From NCBI GenBank assembly GCA_002788555.1, contig PFRL01000055.1, positions 1-25,265 on the forward strand: a stretch of DNA of 25,265 nucleotides, read 5' to 3'. The position numbers were made by a program, and so were the translations under genes. This document shows positions 9,172 through 16,933 of the stretch, piece by piece (position 1 is the stretch's first letter; each line of letters opens with the position of its first letter). The notes below the pieces were generated by a model. It worked only from the letters and a program-made list of their open reading frames with translations. It was not told where the DNA came from and searched no databases. The DNA comes from Parcubacteria group bacterium CG_4_9_14_0_2_um_filter_35_11 (GTDB lineage Bacteria; Patescibacteriota; Minisyncoccia; Minisyncoccales; GCA-002788555).

Positions 9172-9798
9172 TTAACGTTTTATAATTTTCTCTTCGTAGA
9201 ATTGATCAATTAATGATTGAATTAACTTCAAAAAATTACCTCCCTTTTTTATAGTTATTCTGCACATTCCATATTTAGTTTTACCTCTCGTACTCCCATC
9301 GTTAAATCTTATAATAAATCTATGCTTTGGAATTCTAGTAATTTTAGACCAATAATTTAAACATTCGGACCTATTCATACCAGAGAATATCCTCAAAGTT
9401 GGTTTAATATCTTTTTCTTGTACATTGAATACCTTTCTTAATACAAATAAGTAAGTTTGAATCATTCTTCCATCTGAATTAATGAATTCGCAACTTCTCT
9501 TACTCCCCTCTCCCCAGTACAGTATAGAGACAACGATAGCAAGCTCTCGATATTCGCCTCGCAATAATTCTTGGGCACGATCTCGCGCTTTTTGCCAATA
9601 AATTTTTGTTCGTTTTGCGCTCCCTCCTTGTTTAGCTTTTAATATAGGAATATATTTCGGCACAACTCTCACGCCTTGAATATGATACCATACGGTAGTT
9701 TTAGGTATGGATAGCTCTGCGACTAATTCATTAATACTATATCCTTTTCTTCTTAACTGTTCTAATTTTTTTATCTTATCTGTTGAATGAACTCTCAT
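9172..9798 (-). CDS. HTH plus LAGLIDADG-like protein adjacent to tRNA
   Basis: N-terminal HTH (LRRKGYSINELVAELSIPKTTVWYHI), then a degenerate LAGLIDADG helix (SILYWGEGSK), F.NSD..MI and YW....IP...F. Confidence 0.65.
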   Translation of the reverse strand: MRVHSTDKIKKLEQLRRKGYSINELVAELSIPKTTVWYHIQGVRVVPKYIPILKAKQGGSAKRTKIYWQKARDRAQELLRGEYRELAIVVSILYWGEGSKRSCEFINSDGRMIQTYLFVLRKVFNVQEKDIKPTLRIFSGMNRSECLNYWSKITRIPKHRFIIRFNDGSTRGKTKYGMCRITIKKGGNFLKLIQSLIDQFYEEKIIKR

Positions 9799-9804
9799 TA
9801 TTAT

Positions 9805-9813
9805 AGTGTATCA
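9805..9813 (-). promoter_or_regulatory. Candidate extended -10 promoter for a leaderless transcript of the LAGLIDADG-like gene
   Basis: Minus strand TG-A-TACACT (TGnTAnnnT) lies 6 nt before the ATG at 9798; no Shine-Dalgarno sequence seen. Confidence 0.45.
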
Positions 9814-9843
9814 CACAAACTAGAAAGAGCCAATGTCTTATTA

Positions 9844-9893
9844 TTAGAAGTTCGATGTTCTATTCGAAGTTCTATCCGTTGAACTACGAGAGC
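9844..9893 (-). pseudogene. 5'-half remnant of a tRNA-Arg-like gene with an internal 12-nt duplication
   Basis: GCTCTCG-TA-GTTC-AACGGATA-GAAC (acceptor 5' strand and intact D arm), tandem ATAGAACTTCGA/ATAGAACATCGA, then A-CT-TCT-AA. No T arm or 3' acceptor strand follows. Confidence 0.7.
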
Positions 9894-10437
9894 GAGACCT
9901 TAAAATCTCCTTGCCCTTACTTAAATTAGAAACAATAGTTATCTGGTCGTTTGGTATATAATGAAGACTATCTTCTTTATCTCTTATCGCTGTTTTCCGC
10001 AAAGTGAAATCCTCAACTTTTCCTTCTATATTTCCAATTTTGACTTTATCTCCTACCCGAAATTGGTCCTCAATTAAAATAAAAATCCCAGAAATATAAG
10101 CCTTAACTAAGGTCTGTGAGCCAAAACCTACTGCCACACCGATAATCCCAGCGCCGGTTAAAAGCGGGGTGATATTCACTCCAAATTCATCCAAAATCAT
10201 AAAAAGGACTACAAAGATTATTAAAATTCGCAAGGCATTGGTCAAAAGTTCATATAAGGTCTTGGTTCTTTTTTGAATTGCCTCTCCGTCTCTTATCTCG
10301 TATTTTTTCTCAGTGATTTTTTTTATCCATTTTTCTCCGAATTTCTTGAAAAAATGATAAAGAAAATAGCCAGAGACAGCAATGACTAAGATTTTTATTC
10401 CCGAAACGAAAAACCATTCCAAAAAATCTATTTCCAT
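9844..10437 (-). CDS. mscS: Small-conductance mechanosensitive channel (MscS family)
   Basis: TM segments, LLTGAGIIGVAVGFGSQ.L, GIFILIEDQFRVGD.V.I, G.VE..TLR.T..R and IPN. Confidence 0.92.
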   Translation of the reverse strand: MEIDFLEWFFVSGIKILVIAVSGYFLYHFFKKFGEKWIKKITEKKYEIRDGEAIQKRTKTLYELLTNALRILIIFVVLFMILDEFGVNITPLLTGAGIIGVAVGFGSQTLVKAYISGIFILIEDQFRVGDKVKIGNIEGKVEDFTLRKTAIRDKEDSLHYIPNDQITIVSNLSKGKEILRSRSRSSTDRTSNRTSNF

Positions 10438-10440
10438 AAC

Positions 10441-11373
10441 TTAAGTTTTTAATTTTTTAAGATACCTATAAGCCGAGAGGGCAGCTTTGGCTCCTTCACC
10501 GGCAGCAATTACTACTTGTTTATATTCTACATCACTGGCATCCCCAGCAGCAAAAAGACCTGGCATTGTTGTTTCGCAGGTTCTGAGATTAATTTCAATC
10601 TCATCTAACTTATTAATCAAATGATCAAACTTCACCAAATCTTTTACAAAAGAGGTGGCCGGGCGAGAACCAATTTCGACAAAAACCCCTTCGACATCTA
10701 TGGATTTCTTTTCCTTCAATTTTAAATCTTGATAAACTACCGAATTCACAAATTTATCTCCTCTTATTTCTTTCAAGAGAGCATTAGTTATGACTTCTAT
10801 TTTTCCTGTCTTTTTTGCCTTTTCCTGATTAGCCTCAAAGGCCTTCACTGCTGATCCATATTCTAAAATATAAATTTTTTTAGCAAAACCTGCTAAAAAC
10901 AAGGCTGCTTCAAAGCCAGCATTCCCTCCTCCGATTACGGCCACGCTCTTTCTTTTAAAGAGTGGCCCGTCGCAGGTCGTACAATAGCTCACTCCTTTGC
11001 CAATAAATTCTCTTTCTCCCGGAACTTTTAACGGCCTTGGGTCTACTCCGGAAGCAACAATTACTGCCTTTGATTGATACTCTTTTTTGTTCTCAGTAAG
11101 AATCTTAAAATTTTCGTTAGTCTTCCTTACTCTTACTACTATCTCTTTTTTGGTATCAATTTTAAATTTTTCAAGATGCACTTTAAATCTTTGGAGCAAG
11201 TCTGCCCCTGAAATTTCTGAAAAACCAGGGTAGTTTTCAACCGGCACAGTCTTCCTGGCTATTTGTCCACCAAACTCTTTAGTAATTAATAAAGTTTTTA
11301 GATTTTGCCTCGCCCCGTAAATTCCCGCAGTAATACCCGCGGGGCCTCCCCCGATTATAATTAAGTCATACAT
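10441..11373 (-). CDS. trxB: Thioredoxin-disulfide reductase
   Basis: IIGGGPAG FAD motif, GVSYCTTCDG redox CxxC, VIGGGNAG and GLFAAGD. Confidence 0.92.
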   Translation of the reverse strand: MYDLIIIGGGPAGITAGIYGARQNLKTLLITKEFGGQIARKTVPVENYPGFSEISGADLLQRFKVHLEKFKIDTKKEIVVRVRKTNENFKILTENKKEYQSKAVIVASGVDPRPLKVPGEREFIGKGVSYCTTCDGPLFKRKSVAVIGGGNAGFEAALFLAGFAKKIYILEYGSAVKAFEANQEKAKKTGKIEVITNALLKEIRGDKFVNSVVYQDLKLKEKKSIDVEGVFVEIGSRPATSFVKDLVKFDHLINKLDEIEINLRTCETTMPGLFAAGDASDVEYKQVVIAAGEGAKAALSAYRYLKKLKT

Positions 11374-11394
11374 AGTTGTTTGCTATTAGTTATT

Positions 11395-12672
11395 TTAATG
11401 GGTAGCACAAGAGATGCAAGGATCGTAAGCCCGGATGAGGGCTCGAATTTTTCTTATTCTCTCATCTGGTGAGACCTTTAAAAGATTACCAAGATAAACT
11501 TTCAGGTCCTCTTCAAGATTGTTTAAAAATTGAGCAGTAGGGGTAATAATATCACAATCTAAAATTCTACCATTTGTATCAACCTCAAAATAAGTGAAAA
11601 GGGTGCCTCTTGGTGCTTCCATTGCCGAGAGACTACTTCCTTTTTGAATTTTTAATTTAAAAGGTCTTTCTTTCAAATCTTGCTTTAAAATTTCCTGGAT
11701 TAATTTTCCTATTTTTTTAAGAAAATGCAGAATTTCTATTGTCTGACAAAAAAGATTATAGAAAGTATTCTCAAAGAATTTTTCACTTGTTAGATTATGA
11801 TTTTTAAAAAAAATCCCAAGACTTTTTTTTGCTTCGTCAGACAACAAATCTTGATTATTTTTAATTCTGGCAATGGCTCCGAGCATATAAGGCTTACCTA
11901 GGTGTTTTACCCTTTTAACTGGTGGCCTTCTAAGGTCCTCTTCTATTTTACTTGAAAAGAAATCACCGATAGAGAAGGTTTTTGGGGTAAGAATATACTC
12001 TCCTTGGTAAAAGGCATATTCCTTCTTCGGAGAGAGAGAAACGAAATTTGTTTTTCTTTGAAGAGAAGGGTAAGAAAGATTTTGAAAGGTTTTTACTAAA
12101 AATAAAGCGGCATCGTAAACCTCACTTAAATCTTTAGAGAGTTTTTGAATGTCTCTTTTATCGGGTAATTTGGAAAAACCTCCGATTTGAGGCCTCATAG
12201 GATGGATTGCTCTTCCACCGATTATTTCAGTTACTCTTAAAGAAAATTCTCTTATTTTTAGAGCGGCTCTTGCTTCTTTTTTAAATCTTTTCATTAAGTC
12301 TAAATCATTTTCGATATTGAAAAAATCAGGTAAGGCAAGAAAAAAAAGATGGAGAGCATGACTCTGGATAATCTGAGCAGCCAACAACAATTTCCTCAAA
12401 AGCGTGGTTAAAGACGAGGGTTTTACTTCTAAGGTATTCTCCAGGGCCCGACAGGCATTTAAAATATGAACAACCGGACAAATTCCGCAAATTCTGGAGA
12501 CAACTATCGGTACTTCCTCTACTCTTCTTCCAATTAAGATTCCTTCAATCTGACGAAGTCCCAATAAAGTCTGGAGTCTTAATTTCTCAATTTTCCCATC
12601 CCGACTTACCTCTGCCCAAAAACCGGCTTCTCCTTCGATTTTATGAATATGAGGAATAATAATTTTTTTCAT
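11395..12672 (-). CDS. [NiFe]-hydrogenase large subunit (group 3b-like)
   Basis: L1 RICGICPVVH, GGRAIHP, EAPRG and L2 YDPCISCATH ending at the stop codon. Confidence 0.93.
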   Translation of the reverse strand: MKKIIIPHIHKIEGEAGFWAEVSRDGKIEKLRLQTLLGLRQIEGILIGRRVEEVPIVVSRICGICPVVHILNACRALENTLEVKPSSLTTLLRKLLLAAQIIQSHALHLFFLALPDFFNIENDLDLMKRFKKEARAALKIREFSLRVTEIIGGRAIHPMRPQIGGFSKLPDKRDIQKLSKDLSEVYDAALFLVKTFQNLSYPSLQRKTNFVSLSPKKEYAFYQGEYILTPKTFSIGDFFSSKIEEDLRRPPVKRVKHLGKPYMLGAIARIKNNQDLLSDEAKKSLGIFFKNHNLTSEKFFENTFYNLFCQTIEILHFLKKIGKLIQEILKQDLKERPFKLKIQKGSSLSAMEAPRGTLFTYFEVDTNGRILDCDIITPTAQFLNNLEEDLKVYLGNLLKVSPDERIRKIRALIRAYDPCISCATH

Positions 12673-13421
12673 AAAAATTTCTTCACATCATCTTTTATAC
12701 CAAAAATCTCAAGGTTTTCTTCGATTTCCTCCTGGGAGCGTATTCTTTTCAAAAAAATTATAAAATTCTTGGGATTGATATTTTTAAAGATGCCTCGACA
12801 ACCGTAGCACATCACTCTTGATTTTGGACAAATTGCTCTACAACCAGCAAGAGTTATTGGACCAAGACAGGGTTCTTTTTTTCTTAAAAGACAATCTTTA
12901 GTCCCGGCAAGAGGACACTCAGTACAAACTGGTTTTTGAGGAATTTCTGGGATTTTTCCCTCAACGAGCTCATTAGCTAATCGTAAAAATTCTTCCCCAT
13001 TTATTGGGCAGCCGGGTATAGAAAAATCCACTTTGACAAAATTATCGATTTCTTTAATTTCAGGATTAGCAATGTTATCAACATGTTTATAAATAATCCG
13101 AATCGTTTTCTCCTTATTCTGGTAATTTTTCATTTCGGGTATCCCTCCCAAGGCAGCACAATTGCCAAGAGCCACCAATATCTTAGCTTTCTCTCTTGCT
13201 TCTTTTAAGATTTTAAAATCATCTTTGGTAATAGGGTTTCCTTCGATAAAAGCGATATCGAAAAGGTCACATTTTAAGGACTCTTCTTCTAAAAGACTGC
13301 ACTGAGCAAGCTCGACTTTTCGCAAAAAATTAAAGAATTTTTCACCTAAGTTAAATAAAGCAAACTGACATCCTTCGCAAGAAGTTAAAGAGAAAATGGC
13401 AATTTTGGGTTTTTTTCTCAT
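12669..13421 (-). CDS. [NiFe]-hydrogenase small subunit (group 3b delta-like)
   Basis: LTSCEGC, IEG, G.CA..GG, IPGCP and distal cluster ligands C..C...C...C.G.....C...C......CYGCRG; ATGA overlap with the large subunit. Confidence 0.92.
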   Translation of the reverse strand: MRKKPKIAIFSLTSCEGCQFALFNLGEKFFNFLRKVELAQCSLLEEESLKCDLFDIAFIEGNPITKDDFKILKEAREKAKILVALGNCAALGGIPEMKNYQNKEKTIRIIYKHVDNIANPEIKEIDNFVKVDFSIPGCPINGEEFLRLANELVEGKIPEIPQKPVCTECPLAGTKDCLLRKKEPCLGPITLAGCRAICPKSRVMCYGCRGIFKNINPKNFIIFLKRIRSQEEIEENLEIFGIKDDVKKFL

Positions 13422-14158
13422 TGAAGATTTTTAGGATTTCTGAAACTATTTATGGTTTTTTGGGTATATTTTTTAAGATTCTTTGCCTCTTTTTTATTTA
13501 AAACTTGGATGGCATAATTCCAATGAAAGGAAACTTGGTTGCCTAATTTAATTTTTGGCAAAATGTTTTTATCCCAAATAAGATATTTCTTTTTAAGGTT
13601 GCCAAGGTGGGGCTTTTTATTAAATGTTAACGGTTGGTATTCTACCTTTATCTCGTTTTGCGCCTTATCTATTTTTCTCACCTTGCCCCAGCCAATTCGA
13701 CAAAGGTCAACTAATTTTTTAGTAAGAACTATTCTGCCAGAGACGGAGCCTATTACAAGAACGTGAAAACTATGATGGGGCTTGGACCCTGGTGGAACTG
13801 TCTTGGCTCTTAATTTGGCTTCTTTTTCTTCCAGTAAACCCTCAGTAGAAAAATCATGAACAATCATTTTTTTTAATCCAGGAGTTTTTACTTTTTCTAA
13901 GAGTTGATTACCAATCCAATAGGCCTTAACCACTCTTTTTTCAAAAGGATCCTTGATTTTGTTAGCCCTGGCAATTAATTTATAGTAAGGAAAGGCTCCC
14001 TTAAAATTTTTTAGAAGTTTTCTAATTTCCCCTTTGGGAATGTCTTTGCCAGAAATATAATCCAAAAGAATTTTCTTTGCTGTTTTTTCTTGGGGGCCAC
14101 AAAAACCGAGTCGATGGGTAACAATTCCATAAAGAGCGGCTAATTTAAGACCGGACAT
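13418..14158 (-). CDS. DUF6390-like hydrogenase-associated protein
   Basis: LGFCGP, F.GA.PYY..IA, AYWIGN.LL, PHHSFHV, D.CRIGWG.V and VSFHW motifs; 4-nt overlap with the small subunit. Family name recalled, not searched. Confidence 0.7.
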   Translation of the reverse strand: MSGLKLAALYGIVTHRLGFCGPQEKTAKKILLDYISGKDIPKGEIRKLLKNFKGAFPYYKLIARANKIKDPFEKRVVKAYWIGNQLLEKVKTPGLKKMIVHDFSTEGLLEEKEAKLRAKTVPPGSKPHHSFHVLVIGSVSGRIVLTKKLVDLCRIGWGKVRKIDKAQNEIKVEYQPLTFNKKPHLGNLKKKYLIWDKNILPKIKLGNQVSFHWNYAIQVLNKKEAKNLKKYTQKTINSFRNPKNLQ

Positions 14159-14240
14159 AAACCCAGTAGTACAATTTATAATTTTAAATTCCCAAGTATC
14201 ACAATTATTATTCTAAATTGCACTATTGATTTTAGCATTT

Positions 14241-15152
14241 TTATGGTTGTAATACTGGATAAATTAATTTTTTAACCAATCGCCAACTTTCTTTAAGACC
14301 TATGACAAAAACTACTCCTGAAATCATAAAAAAACCTGCCAAAATTTCCTGGAAACTCACTTTCCCACCAGAAATCAAAGAAACTAAAGTGGTCACTGGA
14401 GATCCCAAAAGTAAGATTACTGTTGCTTGAGAAACTGGTATATATTTAAGCCCACTATACCAAGTTATTACATAACCAAAAAGGAGAATTGAGGTAACTA
14501 TTACCCAACCAATTTGCTTTAAAACAAGGTCGGATAATAAAGGCAACTGACTAGTAGCTCCAAAAAAAATCAAAATAAACAAAGAACCGAAAAACATTCG
14601 AGCCCAAGCTACAGTCCTACCTTGAAGTTTTTCTGACCTTAAAACGTACTTAGAAATCGTATTCTCTACCGCCCAAAAAAGAGTGGCTGAAAAAACCAAA
14701 AAATCTCCTAAGTTTGGCGAGAAAGTTAACTTTTTCAACAATAATAGACTGCCCAAAATTAAAAATAGTCCTCCCAAAAAAAACTTTTTATCAATCTTTT
14801 CTTTCAAAAAGACAAAACTCAGGACTGCTACATAGATAAACATTGTCTTGTGCCAAAAAGCTGCTTGAGCCGGACCAGTTAGGGAAAGTCCTTTGAAAAA
14901 TAGTAAAAAAGGAATACTTCCCCCTACTAAACCAATAATTATTAATAAGAACCAATGTTTCTTAGTTAAATGTTTTAAGACCTTCCAATCCTTGAACGCT
15001 AATAAAACTCCTGTCAGAAAAAGAGCGACAATAGAATTTTTCAGCCAAGCAAAAATATAAGGGTTGATAACGCTTACCCCGAATTTGTTAATAAAAATTG
15101 AAAAGCCCGAAATAATGGCAGTAAAAATGACTAAGAAGTAACCTTTTTTCAT
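14241..15152 (-). CDS. EamA/DMT family transporter
   Basis: About 10 hydrophobic segments in two repeats, including LSFVFLKEKI and W..GLK....S.AT. Confidence 0.88.
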   Translation of the reverse strand: MKKGYFLVIFTAIISGFSIFINKFGVSVINPYIFAWLKNSIVALFLTGVLLAFKDWKVLKHLTKKHWFLLIIIGLVGGSIPFLLFFKGLSLTGPAQAAFWHKTMFIYVAVLSFVFLKEKIDKKFFLGGLFLILGSLLLLKKLTFSPNLGDFLVFSATLFWAVENTISKYVLRSEKLQGRTVAWARMFFGSLFILIFFGATSQLPLLSDLVLKQIGWVIVTSILLFGYVITWYSGLKYIPVSQATVILLLGSPVTTLVSLISGGKVSFQEILAGFFMISGVVFVIGLKESWRLVKKLIYPVLQP

Positions 15153-15156
15153 ATAC

Positions 15157-15357
15157 TTATTTCTTGATTAGATTAATTATTTCTTTTGCTTCTTTTTTTG
15201 TTATTTTTCCGACAATAAAGTTGTTTTGTAAAATTACGTAATCTCCTACTTTCACTCTAATTAAAGAGCCTCTAACCTCTTTTTGTCGACCATCTTCTTC
15301 TGTAATAATCTTTTGATTTTTGATTTTCTTTATCTTGGCTGGTAAAGTAATACACAT
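15157..15357 (-). CDS. hypC: HypC/HupF family hydrogenase maturation chaperone
   Basis: Start reassigned to MCITLPAKI (15357), giving the obligatory N-terminal Cys; OB-fold KVGDYVI motif. Confidence 0.82.
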   Translation of the reverse strand: MCITLPAKIKKIKNQKIITEEDGRQKEVRGSLIRVKVGDYVILQNNFIVGKITKKEAKEIINLIKK

Positions 15358-15390
15358 TTTATATTTGTTTTCTGTTGGTATACCCAAGAA

Positions 15391-16908
15391 CTAATAAATA
15401 TCCTTCTGGTTTTGATAACTGATGGCTTCGGCTAACTGTTCCCGATTAATATCTTCTTTACCTTCAAGGTCGCTAATGGTCCTAGCTACCTTTAGAATTT
15501 TGTGGTAAGAGCGGGGAGAGAGACTCAATCTCCGCATTGCCTGGCGCAAAAGGTCTTTGGAGCAAATATCAATTTTACAATATTCTTGAATTTTTTGTAA
15601 CGGTATCTCACTATTCAAAAATCCTCTGGATTCTTGGATGGTCCTAGATTCTTCTACTCTTCTCCGAATATTTTTACTCTCTTCTGCTACGATTTTTGAG
15701 GTCAATTTCTCAAAACCAATTCTCGGGACTTCAATTTTGATATCAATCCTATCAAGGATTGGTCCAGAAATCTTCCGGCGGTACCTTGTAATCTGAGAAG
15801 GTAAGCAAGTACATTCTTTTTGAGGATCGCTGAGATAACCGCAGGGACAAGGGTTAGAAGCGGCAACCAGAGTAAATCTGGCAGGAAAAATTACGCTCTC
15901 CTCGGCTCGCGCCACCAAGACCTTCCCATCTTCCATGGGTTGGCGAAGGGCCTCAATTACATCGCGGTGAAATTCTGGAAATTCATCTAGAAATAAAACG
16001 CCACGGTGAGCTAAAGTAATTTCTCCTGGACGAATATGGGAGCCTCCGCCAATCAAAGCTGCAGCCGAAGAAGAGTGGTGAGGACTTCGAAAAGGGCGTT
16101 TAATTATAATAGAGTTCTTTGAGGCTAAAAGCCCAGCAACACTATAGATTTTTGTTACTTCTAAAATTTCTTCTTTGGCCATCCTTGGCAAAATTGAGGG
16201 GAGAGCCCGAGAAAGTAAAGTTTTACCTGAGCCTGGTGGCCCCATCATAAAAATATTATGCCCACCGGCAGCAGCAATCTCCAAGGCTCTTTTGATGCTT
16301 TCTTGCCCTTGAACATAGGCAAAATCAATCTCAGGATATTCTTGGGCAGGAATATCCTCTGCTCCTTTACCAGTTAGTATATAGTTTTCTGTTTTCCCTT
16401 CTAAAATTTTAAGAAGACCCTTAAGGTTTTCTACTGCTAAAATTCGAAGCCCTTTTACCAATTCTGCTTCTTTCTGATTTTCCTTTGGTAAAACTAAAAG
16501 CTTATTTTCTTGCCTTGCTAAAATGGCTGTTGAGAGTGCTCCTCTTACTTTTCGTATTGAGCCATCTAAAGAAAGTTCTCCCATAAAAATTTTATCACTT
16601 GTCTTAAACTTTTTTACTTGTCCCGATGCCAATAAAAAACCCAAGGCTATCGGAAGGTCATAAATCGCTCCTTGTTTTTTTATCTCGGCTGGAGCAAGAT
16701 TCACAGTAATGCGACGATTATGATGCTGAGGTGGCTTCCCTCCGCTATTTTTAATTGCCGAGGAAACTCTTTCTTTTGACTCTTCTACCGCTTTATCGGG
16801 AAGACCTACAATAGAAAAAGCATGAAGACCTGAGGTAAAATCAACTTCAACTTCGATTATTCTGGCATCGAGCCCAATAAAAGCTGAGGAAAAAATTTTA
16901 ACAGCCAT
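15391..16908 (-). CDS. comM: ComM/YifB Mg-chelatase-like AAA+ ATPase
   Basis: IVGLPD..V.ES.ERV, NLAPA..KK.G..YDLPIA, Walker A GPPGSGKT, PFRSPHH, GVLFLDEF and NPCPCG. Start likely MAVKIF at 16908. Confidence 0.95.
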   Translation of the reverse strand: MAVKIFSSAFIGLDARIIEVEVDFTSGLHAFSIVGLPDKAVEESKERVSSAIKNSGGKPPQHHNRRITVNLAPAEIKKQGAIYDLPIALGFLLASGQVKKFKTSDKIFMGELSLDGSIRKVRGALSTAILARQENKLLVLPKENQKEAELVKGLRILAVENLKGLLKILEGKTENYILTGKGAEDIPAQEYPEIDFAYVQGQESIKRALEIAAAGGHNIFMMGPPGSGKTLLSRALPSILPRMAKEEILEVTKIYSVAGLLASKNSIIIKRPFRSPHHSSSAAALIGGGSHIRPGEITLAHRGVLFLDEFPEFHRDVIEALRQPMEDGKVLVARAEESVIFPARFTLVAASNPCPCGYLSDPQKECTCLPSQITRYRRKISGPILDRIDIKIEVPRIGFEKLTSKIVAEESKNIRRRVEESRTIQESRGFLNSEIPLQKIQEYCKIDICSKDLLRQAMRRLSLSPRSYHKILKVARTISDLEGKEDINREQLAEAISYQNQKDIY

Positions 16909-16933
16909 ATTTAAGAATAATTTAAAATCCTTT

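Noticed and set aside
9160-9893. LAGLIDADG-like gene as cargo of an intron splitting one tRNA
   Set aside because: No free 3' tRNA half follows the gene: only 11 nt separate it from a complete tRNA. The GCTCTCG match at 9543-9549 has no T arm, and no group I core was recognisable.
14159-14240. Rex-like or other operator upstream of the hydrogenase genes
   Set aside because: Only one half-site (TTGTGA) is present, with no matching inverted arm.
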